From contig NC_043006.1 in assembly GCF_006345805.1 (NCBI RefSeq), positions 72,540,001 to 72,604,000 of the forward strand: a stretch of 64,000 nucleotides of DNA. Reading direction: 5' to 3'. Both the position numbers and the translations under genes were made by a program. The stretch comes from Octopus sinensis (Eukaryota). This document shows, in pieces, positions 1-10,822 of this stretch (positions are counted from its first letter, which is position 1; the number at the start of each line of letters is the position of its first letter). The notes beneath the pieces were generated by a model. That model had not been told where the DNA came from, made no database searches, and saw only the letters and a list, made by a program, of their open reading frames with translations.

Positions 1-110
1 TGACTGGGCCTGATGAAGCCTTCTGGCTTCACAGACCCCAGTAGAACCGTCCAACCCATGCTAGCATGGAAAACGGACGCTAAACGATGATGATGATGAT
101 GATGATGATG
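1..110 (+). mobile_element. SINE family B 3' end (RTE-like tail, (GAT)n terminus)
   Basis: ccgtccaacccatgctagcatggaaaacggacgctaaacgatgatgatg tail recurring throughout the window. Confidence 0.85.
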
Positions 111-327
111 TGTGTGTGTATGTTTGTGTGTCTGTGTTTGTCCCCCCGACATCACTTGACAACCGATGTTGGTGTGTTTACGTCCCCGTAACTTAGTGCT
201 TTGACAAAAGAGGCCGATAGAATAAGTACCAGGCTTACAAAGAATAAGTCCTGGGGTCAATTTGCTCGACTAAAGGTAGTGCTCCAGCATGACCACAGTC
301 AAATGACTGAAACAAGTAAAAGAGTAA
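111..327 (+). mobile_element. SINE family A 3' half
   Basis: cacttgacaaccgatgttggtgtgtttacg...gtgctccagcatg...aaatgactgaaacaagtaaaagagtaa shared with many copies. Confidence 0.85.
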
Positions 328-1869
328 CCCAAATAACATATGTAGTATATTCAAAATTATCCTGTGATGGACTGGTTTCCCATCCAAGGAGGGATATATA
401 TATATACTAGAGAAACTGGGAAGAATGTGAACTGAACCATATTCAAAATTTATTTCCCACCTAGGAGGAAATATTCTACTACATAGTTTATCTTGTTTAT
501 TTTTCTTTTCATTTTGATACTTCCAGATTAATTCTGTAGTCATCTATAAGCCCTATAATTCCGTAGTCATATATAAACCCTACAAGAACTAGAATCCTTG
601 CATCAGTAAGACCTTAATGTGTATTCACCCTTTATATGCTCTACACTGATAAACATACAACACTGTTTAAAAGTTAGAATAATTTAGATTCTTCGTTCAT
701 GGCAGCAAATTAAGTTGAATAATTTCCAGCTTCCAGTTCACTTTTTGTTTAACTTCAACATTGTTATTCATATTATAAGTCATGTTTGAAGAGCTATCTA
801 ATTCATACTGATACAGGAAAGCAAATGTAAACCTATTAAAAATATTTATATGGAAACATTGTTCTTAATGATTTATTTTTTAATATATGATTAATAGAAT
901 CATAACAGACAGCAGAAGTAGAAATGGGGTTTTCCTTGCAAGTAACTTCTTAGATTTTTGTTTTCTCTGAGCACATTTGTTCTTTTTATTGCCACTTGAT
1001 CTGTTTGATTACATGTTTCTGCTGTTGCCAAGGAGATTAATCTCATGCATATGAATTAACAAGATAACTTGTGCATAGGTCTCAATTTGTTCCATGTAAT
1101 ATCATCATCATCATCATCATTATCATCAAACCATGGATGTTACTGTCTCAAATCCCAGGACTCATAGTACCAGTTACCTGGTTTCCATGGCATACATGTC
1201 TGAAATGGCAACATATCTCCCTGAATGAGATGCCAGTCTGTTATGGTGTTACTTATTTACAGCTGAGTGGACTGGAGCAATATGAAATGAAGCGATTTGC
1301 TCAAGAACACAATGCAACATCCAGTCCAAGTATCAAAAAACTGTGATCTTGCAATTGTGAGTGCAACATCTTAACCACCTGGCCACCCGTGTAGTAGCCA
1401 AATCATTATCATTAAAGGGAATCTATGTTTTAAGTCTTAGATTTTAGAACTTGATTAGATGGTCATACCTACAAAATGCAAATTATACAATTTGTCAATT
1501 AGCTATTTTTGTGCTATATGTCCACCCGAGAAGAGCAGACTAAAGCTTCAAAATCAAAATTAAGGAAGAAAAAATTATATTTTGGTGTTGGTTACAGATA
1601 GTTAGAAATAGAGCAAAGGCCTAGTTCATAGCAACTTATTTGCTGCAACAATCTGTTTGTGATATCTACAGGGCAGTTAAGCAATGTGTTTACTTTCAAA
1701 GATAAATATTTTGAAGCGTGTGTTTAAATTGGCAGCTAATTATTTCATGTAAATCATGCAGTTAGAATTCTGTTAGACATCCACTGATCTCCGATTCACT
1801 ATTTCTTAGGACCCAAATAAATTATAGTTAGGATAGGAAATACTGTTTTCAACTGTTAAGAATTGTTTG

Positions 1870-2200
1870 GCGTGGCTGCATGGTAAGAAGTTTGCTTCCT
1901 AATCACATGGTTCTGGGTTCAGTCCCACTGCATGGCACCTTGGGCAAGTGTCTATTGTAGACTATAGCCTTAGCCTAGCCAAAGCCTTGTGAGTGGATTC
2001 GATTGACAGAAACTGAAAGAAGACTGTCAATTTTATATATACTAGTTGTCAAGCAGTTGATGTGCTTACGTACCTGTAACTTAGCGGTTTGGCAAAAGAG
2101 AATTGGTAGAATAAGTAACAGGCTTAAAAGATAAAAAATATTGGGTTCAGCTAGTTCAAGTAAAATTCTTTAAAGGAGTGCTCTGACTGAATCAAGTGAA
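1870..2200 (+). mobile_element. SINE family A (tRNA-derived head, CORE-like centre)
   Basis: A-box-like TGGCTGCATGGT, B-box-like GGTTCAGTCCC, then caccttgggcaagtgtc. Confidence 0.8.
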
Positions 2201-3105
2201 AGATCAGATAAAGCAGGAGTGAAACTTTGGCCAAAATGGTAGAGCACTGGATTAAATGATTTGCAGTGTGTAATCTCACCCATCTGAGTTTAATTTACCT
2301 CAAGGTTAATCAAATAAAATAAATACCAGTCATATATTGAAATCAATTCAAATATTGACATTCCATTAAAAATTAGCATAGTCAAAAGAAATCATTTTGC
2401 TTATTTAATCTAGAAACTTTGATAGATTCTGGAGTGTTGCTTTCATGAAATTAAGATGGTTCAAGTTGGGCTACATAAAAATTTGCAAAAGCAAAAAAAC
2501 AAAAGATATCAAACCTAAAATATAATTTTACTCTTCTTTTTTTTCTTTATGTTTGGGAAAACATACTCTTTTTTGTTTTGTTTTTGCTCAAAATACTTTA
2601 CTAGTTTACATAATTACTCTAAATTATAGCTCACTCAACCTGTTAGATGAGGTGTCAGGTGAAACAGTCTAAAAGAAGTATATAAATAACTTTCTACAAT
2701 TTATGCAATATACATGGACAGTTAAATTTTATAATGCACATTTCTACTCAGTATTCAGCTAATTAAATAATTTGTATCAGTTTTTAACAAAATATAGAGA
2801 CTGAAAATATTGTAGCAGTTTATTGCCTTTGCTGTGCACATCATGGTGATGGAGGGAGAGAGAGAGAGAGAGAGAATTAGTTTGAAGATTCAGATAATTT
2901 AATACACATCATCATTTTTAATATGGTTCTAATTAGCAAGTTGAATGTGTGTTATTTCTTTTGATTTAAGACATTGTTTTCTCAACATCATGCTGAATAT
3001 CTTTCTGTTATTAGCCTAGTGACAATTGCAACTATACATATTTCCATCGAATTTAGTCAAGAAGGAATATTTCATATTTTTTTACAATTCCATGCTTTTT
3101 TACAG

Positions 3106-3123
3106 CAAGATTCTGAGCTGGAG
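3106..3123 (+). other. Candidate 18-nt GBF1 micro-exon (QDSELE)
   Basis: catgcttttttacag|CAAGATTCTGAGCTGGAG|gtaact; symmetric, phase 0, acidic like the neighbouring exon. Confidence 0.4.
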
Positions 3124-4404
3124 GTAACTATGAGAATTGCATTAAAAAACAAATATTAAAAACACTTTCCCTGATACACCCATTCTAAAAACATACACTC
3201 ACTCTTTTTCAATTTAATTTATTTTTATTGTCTTGCTTCGAAATTGATCCCATTTTAATTTTTGTTTTTTTGTTACTCTTGGTATTATCTGCTTGTGGGG
3301 AAGATTTTTCTTTTGGACATTTCATTTTTGTTTCTCTAATACAATTTTTCTTTGTTTTGGGAATTTTCAGTTTTGATCATTTGAATTTTTATTTGCAAAA
3401 CTAACCTCTCGTTTATATATCAAAGTCCTTAACTATGTAACTTCAGTTCATATGGAGTTCATATAATTTCTGGATCCTGACTAGCTTGCATCTCACTAAT
3501 TTTTTTTTCCTCTTTTTTTTATTATTAATTAGCAATTATCAATTGGTTATTTTTTTTAATTATCATTTACTTTGTCATTAATTTTGTTGTATTCTCTGAT
3601 GAGTCATGTATTATTCCTTCGATCTAATTGTTTTATTCAACATTGACTGCAAGCATGGCTGTGTGTTTAAGAAGTTCACTAAATAACAATGTGAGCAAGT
3701 GTCTTCTACTGTGGCACTGGGTTGACTAATATTATGTAAGTGGAATTTGGTAGATGGAAATTGTGTAAAACCCCATCACGTACAATGGTGACAATTCAGT
3801 TGACAGACTGGAACAGCTAAAAGGGTATGTACTACATAAAATGCACTGGTATTGGTGCCACGTGAAAGGCACCCAGTATGCTCTATAAAGTGGTTGGCAT
3901 TAGGAAGGGCATCCAGCCACAGAAACCATACCAAAACATTGGAGCCTACTGCAGCTCCTGGCCTTTTTAGCTCCTGTCAAACTGTCCAACCCTGCCAGAA
4001 AGGAAAATGAATGTTAATCGATGATGATGATATAATACACCCGTGTGCACACACACACACACACACACACGCACGTTTCCCATTTTCTAGACATTATCTA
4101 CTCTTTTCTACTTTCCATCACACTCATATTTACCATTGACTACCTCTTCCCCACCACCGCCTCAACCCATGTTCATCATTCCCTATATTTACACTCCTAC
4201 CCCATCTCTAACCATCCCTCACTCTCCCTACGCTCTTGCTACCTCCACCTAGGTAGTAGGAAAAAGAAAGTACCCATTGCATTGAAAAGTATTAGGAAGG
4301 GTATCTAGCCATAAAATACATGCCATAGCAGATATTAGAGCAGGGTACAACCTTGCTGGATTCTATCAACCCACCCAACTCATGCCAGCACAGAAGAAGG
4401 ATAT

Positions 4405-4795
4405 TCTTTTCTACTCTAGGCACAAGGCCTGAAATTTTTGAGGAGGGGGCCAGTCGATTAGATGGACTCCAGTACGCAACTGGTACTTAATTTATTGACC
4501 CCCAAAAGGATGAAAGGCAAAGTTGACCTTGGTGGAATTTGAACTCAATGTAAAGATAGACAAAATACTGCTAAGCATTTCGTCTGGCGTGCTCACATTT
4601 CTTATTTCTTTATTGCCCACAAGGGGCTAAACATTAGAGGGGACAAACAAGAACAGACAAAGGGATTAAGTCGATTACATCAACCCCAGTGCGTAACTGG
4701 TACTTTATTTATCGACCCCAAAAGGATGAAAGGCAAAGTCGACCTCAGCGGAATTTCAACTCAGAACGTAACGTTTCTGCCAGCTCGCTGCTTTA
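4405..4795 (-). mobile_element. SINE family C, two nested copies
   Basis: Two adjacent copies of aaaggatgaaaggcaaagt(t/c)gacc; the inner copy interrupts the outer near its gctaacgtttctgccagctcg head. Confidence 0.8.
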
Positions 4796-4832
4796 GCACA
4801 GAAGAAGAATATTAAAAGATAAAAGATGGTGC

Positions 4833-4863
<31 letters not shown>

Positions 4864-5120
4864 GGGGGGGGGAGAAAGAAAGGGAGAGACTAGTGAGTAC
4901 ATGTTATTGATAAGGCTCGAGTACGCTGAAATGCATTTAATGTTCCCATGGATAATTTTTGTCTTGCTCTGACATATTTTGTTTTTAACACATGTCTATG
5001 AAAGGATTTTCTCTCAGAGACAAAGACCACAACAATATACCTGTCAGTGGTGTAAATACATTAAATGTGATATGCAAGTGGCTCTCTCTATGTATGTATA
5101 TATATATATATATATATATA

Positions 5121-5750
5121 TCATCATCATCATCATCATCGTTTAGCGTCCGTTTTCCATGCTAGCATGGGTTGGACGGTTCTACTGGGGTCTGTGAAGC
5201 CAGAAGGCTTCATCAGGCCCAGTCAAATCTGGCAGTGTTTCTACGGCTGGATGCCCTTCCTAACGCCAACCACTCCGTGAGTGTAGTGGGTGCTTTTTAC
5301 GTGCCACCCGCACTGGTGCCAGACAGAGCTGGCAAACGGCCACGAACGGATGGTGCTTTTTATGTGCCACCGGCACGAGGGCCAGGCGAGGCTGGCAACG
5401 GACACGAAACGGGGCGGTGCTGGCAACGGTCGCGAAACGGAAAGTTCTCTTACATGCCACCGGCACTGGTAACACATCTGCAATTTCCATTGATCGATTT
5501 CCATTGATCGATTTCCATTGATCGATTTCGATTCTGATCGTCACTTGCCTCAACGGGTCTTCACAAGCAGAGTTTTGACATGCCACCGGCACTGGTAGCA
5601 CATCCGCAATTTCCATTGATCGATTTCGATTCTGATCCTCACTTGCCTCATCACGTCTTCACAAGTAGAGTTTTGTGTCCCAAGAAGGGAAGGTATGCAT
5701 ACGTAGGCTGGCTCCATCCCATGTAGAAGGCCACGGGTTATGGACTCACT
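5121..5750 (-). mobile_element. SINE family B, long copy with internal tandem units
   Basis: (CAT)n tail at 5121; about 4 internal ggtgctttttatgtgccacc units; a 14-bp ATTTCCATTGATCG triplet; a duplicated segment of about 130 bp. Confidence 0.85.
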
Positions 5751-6802
5751 TGTATATAATATATATATTATATAATGCCAGTATGGAAGGCAAATGTTAA
5801 ATGATGAAGATATATATATATATAAAATTATTTTTAGGTAGGGTATCCAGCTATAGAAACCATGCCAAAACAGTTATCTGGCTTGTCAGATCCTGTTAAA
5901 CATATGGTAGCATGGAAGTCAGATGTTAATTAATGATAATGTTGATGATAAAATGGTGACTAAAATCTCCAGCATGGCCAGTATGCAATGACTGAAAGCA
6001 GTAAAATAACAGAATGTTGCTATTTTATCATCAATATTGCATGGAGTTTGCTGATTGCTGCTTATGCTTCTTATACTAATACCAACAGCACTAATAATAA
6101 TAATAATTCTTTTGAGTAATTATCTTTAGATGCTCATAATATATTCTCCCAATCTCCTTTTTAAAAAAAATATAATTATTACATCTTTGACAAGATGACA
6201 TATCAAACCTCTTTAATGTCTCTTCAGGGAATACCTAGGACTAGACAACTAAAAGAGCTATCTATAAACCAGCAGTGAAAAGTCTGTGTATCTGTATGTT
6301 TATTTTGTGTGTGTGTGTGTGTATATGTATGTGTATATATATATATATGTATAATGATGAGGGTAGTGTTTTTATGTATTTGTATATAAATATATTTGTC
6401 CAAAATCACGCAGTAGGATTGAATGGTGAAGGAAGAGGAGAGAAAATAGCAATTCAGTGAAGGAGAAGTAGTGAGAGTAATAGCCGTGACTGAGAGGGAG
6501 TGAGATAAAGTAATAGCAATGAGAGAGAGGAAGTGGCAAAGAGAGCGTTGTGTGTCTTCTACTATAATAATACTCTTGCGTATTTCTCCGTCACAACATA
6601 TGAATGAGAAAGGAAGGAATAATCCCCCAATGGAAGTGGGATGGTGAAAAGTGAACAGTGAAACAAAAATCAATCAGCGCTACAACTTTGTTTGAGTATA
6701 TGTGTGTGCATGTAAATGGGAGGAATGTGAATGTATGTTTGTATGTGTGTGTTTGTGTAAAATATATTTATATATTTTAGTGACTGTATATGTGTTTATT
6801 CT

Positions 6803-7658
6803 TTCATTTGTTTCAGTCATTTGACTGCGGCCATGCTGGAGCACTGCCTTTAGTTGAACATATCGACCCCAGGACTTAATCCTTGTATGCCTAGTACTTA
6901 TTCTATCAGTCTCTTTTGCCGAACCGCTAGGTTACGGGAACGTAAACACACCAGCATCAATTGTCAAGCGATGTTGGGATGACAAACACAGATGCATAAA
7001 CATACATATATATATATATATATCATCATCATCATCATCATCATCGTTTAACGTCCGTTTTCCGCGCTAGCACGGGTTGGACGGTTCGACCGGGGTCTGG
7101 CAGTGTTTCTACAGCTGGATGCCCTTCCTAACGCCAACCACTCCGCGAGTGTAGTGGGTGCTTTTTACGTGCCACCTGCACAGGTGCCAGAGGGGTCTGG
7201 CATCGGCCACGAACGGTTGGTGCTTTTTTTATGTGCTACCGGCACAGAAGCCAGTCAAGGCGGTGCTGGCATCGGCCACGTTCGGATGGTGCTTTTTATG
7301 TGCCACCGGCACAGAAGCCATTCGGGGCAGGGTTGGCATCGGTCACGTTCAGATGGTGCTTTTTATGTGCCACCGGCACAGAAGCCAGTGGAGGCTGTGC
7401 TGGCGGGGTTGGCAACGGTCACGTTCGGATGGTGCTGGCGGGGTTGGCAACGGTCACGTTCGGATGGAGCTTTTTATGTGCCACCGGCACAGAATCCAGT
7501 GGAGGCTGCACTGGCAACGGCCACGTTCGGATGGAGCTTTTTATGTGCCACCGGCACAGAAGCCACTGGAGGCTGCACTGGCAACGGCCACGTTCAGATG
7601 GTGCTTTTTATGTGTCACCGGCACAGGTATCACAACTACTACTGTTTCCATTGATATT

Positions 7659-7701
<43 letters not shown>

Positions 7702-7833
7702 GGCTTCTTTCAGTTTCTGTCTACCAAATCCACTCACAAGGCTTTTGTCAGACACTTGCCCAAGGTGCAATGCAGTGGGATAGAATCTGAAACCATGTGG
7801 TTGGTAAGAAAGCTACTTACCACACAGCCACAC
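6803..7833 (-). mobile_element. SINE A copy (6803-7010 and 7690-7833) interrupted by a SINE B copy (7023-7650)
   Basis: The family A 3' half and 5' head are separated by a family B copy inserted in the central (TA)n/(CA)n tract. Confidence 0.8.
7157..7627. repeat. Minisatellite array of about 67 bp (about 7 units) inside SINE B
   Basis: Unit ggtgctttttatgtgccaccggcacagaagccagt...ggcaacggccacgttcggat, starting at about 7157, 7219, 7288, 7355, 7466, 7533 and 7600. Confidence 0.9.
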
Positions 7834-8135
7834 ATGTATGTTTATTTAGAAAGATACATAGAAAATAGAATTACAGACACATGCATTTACACATACATAT
7901 ATATATAAACAGACACACTTAAAAAGGAAGGAAATGGGCTGTGATAAAGTATAGAAAACTGGGTTCACTAAAAACTGTGCTCCTCATACATATAAATGTA
8001 TACATATGCGCGCGCACACACACACACAGAGAATTGGAGCACTGTTTGATTTTTTTACCTTTTTATATATAAAATACTACAATTAGCTGTCATTTTTTAT
8101 GGCACAAGGCCAGCTTGTGTGTGTGTGTGTATATA

Positions 8136-8843
8136 TTGGGTCATCCCATAAATAATGTGTTTTTTTTTCAATTGCATGAACTAAAAGTCAGAGGGGGACA
8201 GGATAAACTACCTGCATCAACTTATTATAAAAGCTGGTATTTTCACTTATTCTTAGTGCAAGTTTTGAAGAGTGCAGTTTGATTTAAACAGTTAATTTTT
8301 CAAAGCCATAATGGAAGTGACAAAGGAGCATAGTCAGCATATTTTGCTTTGTGAGATCAATAAAGGCAACAACGTAACAGAAAGTGTGAGGAATATTAAT
8401 GCAGTTTATAGGGATCAGACAATAAGCATAAGCCAATGTCAACGGCGGTTCCAGAAATTCTGAGCCAGAAACTACAGCCTAGAAGACAAGCCTTGCTCTG
8501 GAAGATCTGTAGAGCTTGACGAGAACGTCCTGCAAACCCTGGTGGAACAAAATCCCATTGTAACTGTTGAAGAACTAGCAGAGATACTTGGATTTGGTCA
8601 TTCAACCATTCATCAACACCTGCATGCCATCAGAAAAGTCAGCAAATTGGGTCAATGGGTTCATCACAAATTTTCCAAGTCTAATCACATGCAGAGAGTG
8701 AGTGTGTGCTCTTCTTTGATGTCACGTCTCAAGAACGAACCTTTTTTTTTGGATTGAAGAGTGACTGGTGACGAGAAAAGGGTTCTCTATAGAAATGTCA
8801 AGTTCCGAAGACAGTGGGTAGGGAAAGGAGAAACACCGGCACC
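8136..8843 (+). mobile_element. 5' half of a mariner (Tc1/mariner) transposon, decayed
   Basis: TA plus TIR-like TTGGGTCATCCCATAAATAATG. An ORF from ATG 8311 reads MEVTKEH...QCQRRFQKF*ARNYSLEDKPCSGRS (HTH region), then LGQWVHHKF (WVPHEL-like) and a frameshifted RVTGDEKRVLY (first catalytic D motif). It is truncated before the D34D motif and has no 3' TIR. Confidence 0.85.
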
Positions 8844-9283
8844 CCATATTTACCCATATGCATCCATTACCCATTTTTCATCTTTGATCTCATTGTTTGT
8901 TTATATCTGATGTCTCCTATACAAAACATAGTGACAAAAATCAGTGCTGGCTATAATTTCTATTGAATATCTGCAGAGATAACTTTAGATTATGTAAAAG
9001 CACACTGCTAATGCAGTAAAACATGGTATTAGCTTATAAAAACGTTTAATATACTTTATAATATATTATGGTTGCATAACAAAATACTACATACCTACAA
9101 GTCATTAGTCTTAACATATATGATTTTTTTATGCATTGCATTTACTAAGTATTTACAGTATTTTATCAATGATGATATCAATTAGAAGTTGACGTTTGCA
9201 CAGACACTGTCTTCATTTTGTGCTTTGTAAGAATCTCTGTGACCATGCTTTGAAAGACACTGTCTTCGTGTTTTTGAATCTAG

Positions 9284-9463
9284 GAAGCATCTGATAAAGA
9301 AAGCTTTGACGCAAGATATACTATATCAGAAGAAAAACAACTAGAAACTGAAGAAGAAGTATCTTTAGATAAAGATGATTCCAGAGAACCTGAACAAGAA
9401 GTATGTAATTCTATATCATCAAGCCAAGAACGTTTAAATGTTTCAAGGCCAACAAATGTCCAT
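9284..9463 (+). CDS. GBF1: GBF1 exon, acidic linker (EASDKESF...RPTNVH)
   Basis: ctag|GAA...CAT|gtaagt; 180 nt open frame, phase 0-0, fits the next exon; low-conservation region. Confidence 0.7.
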
Positions 9464-10781
9464 GTAAGTTCTTTGCACTTTTAACAGTTTTTTAAAAAAT
9501 ATATATTTATCTTTAGTTGCATTTTTTTGTATTGTTATCTTTTATTATTATCATCATCAGTTTTGTTCAGTTTCACATCTATTTTCCCATGTATGCATGG
9601 GTTAGATGAAATTTGTTGAGGTAAGATTTCTTCAGCTAGACATCTTCTTGTTGCTCATCCTCAGTTGTTTTCTAAATAAGGTATTTTTCTTTTTTCATTT
9701 GATTGGTCCTCAACGTTAGAAAGTTGAAACTGTAGAACTGCTTACAATCAGTCAGTGTTAATGAGGACATGTGGAATGGCATTTACATATATATACATGT
9801 GCACATGCACACATCTTTTGTCTTTTCTCTTTTGCTTCAGTCTTTGGACTGTGACCATGCTGGGTCACTGCTTTTAAACAAATCAATCTCAGTACTTACC
9901 TTTTAAGTCTGCTACTTACTCTGTTAGTCTGTTTTACTAAAATATTGATTCAGGGAAGCATAAACAAACCATCACCAGTTGGCAAGTGGTGATGGGGAAC
10001 AAACATACACACATACATGACAAGTTTCTTTTAGTTTCTTTCTAGAAAATCCACTAATAAGGCTTTGGTCAGCCCAGGGCTATAATAGAAGACACTTGCC
10101 TAGAGTGCTGTGCAGTAGGACTGAACCCAAAGCCATGTGGCTACAAACCAAACGTTTTACCACACAGCCATACCTGCACCTAACTCCTCACCATTTCTTG
10201 CCATGTCTTACTCTATGTCCAGCCTCATCTGCTGACGGTGCACAGCATTTGTCAATCATATCATATGCTTATACCTGCATTCATTCTCATCCTTACATCT
10301 GCACAAATTTTAATTGTACCTGTAGCAGTTAGGCTCTAGGTGCCAGCATAGCTGAGTGAACACTGAGTCTACTTCATAACTGTGTAGTGTCAAGTTGTGT
10401 CTGATTGTGTGACATCCTGTGCAAACATCGTAACTATTGCCTCAGATCAACTAATGCTTTGTGAGTGGAAGTGGTAGTACACACGCCATGTGTGTGTACA
10501 CATGCACATGCGTGAATGTTGATACCTATGTCTTCACTTTTCACTGCCTCTGCAAAACAGTGATGTGATGTTTACATTCCGTCTTGACAATACACCCTGT
10601 TTGTTCTGCATGTCCCAAAACTAGTAGAATAAAAGAAAAAAAATTCTTTACTTATGGAATTCCACATTCAGCAAAATTTTCAAGAATGCAAACTTCTGTA
10701 ATGCAGGGTTGCCTATATCTAGACATTTATAAATCTTGAATTTATGAGTCATCATTTCAGTAATCCTGCATCACTGTGTGT

Positions 10782-10822
<41 letters not shown>

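Noticed and set aside
8-35. CTGATGA followed by a hairpin in the SINE B tail, resembling a hammerhead
   Set aside because: No GAAA or stem III follows; it is a simple TGAAGCC/GGCTTCA hairpin.
1870-1935. tRNA-like A/B-box segments here and at 40751 and 50024
   Set aside because: These are SINE heads continuing into SINE bodies; no complete cloverleaf, so not called as tRNA genes.
5018-5049. Possible small GBF1 exon after ttttctctcag
   Set aside because: Weak donor (GTGTAA), phase does not fit cleanly, and no GBF1 similarity.
5660-5755. HDV-like ribozyme at the 5' end of the RTE-tailed element
   Set aside because: I could not assemble P1, P1.1 and P3 pairings by eye.
6224-6673. 149-aa - strand ORF
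   Set aside because: Low-complexity, microsatellite-derived and without a recognisable domain.
7157-7627. CRISPR-like regular repeat spacing
   Set aside because: Eukaryotic intron; the intervening segments are themselves homologous rather than unique spacers, and there are no cas genes.
5172-7908. Long overlapping Cys/His/Gly-rich ORFs (111-225 aa) at 5172-5616 and 7103-7908
   Set aside because: They are translations of the SINE B internal minisatellite and microsatellites; no protein family signature.
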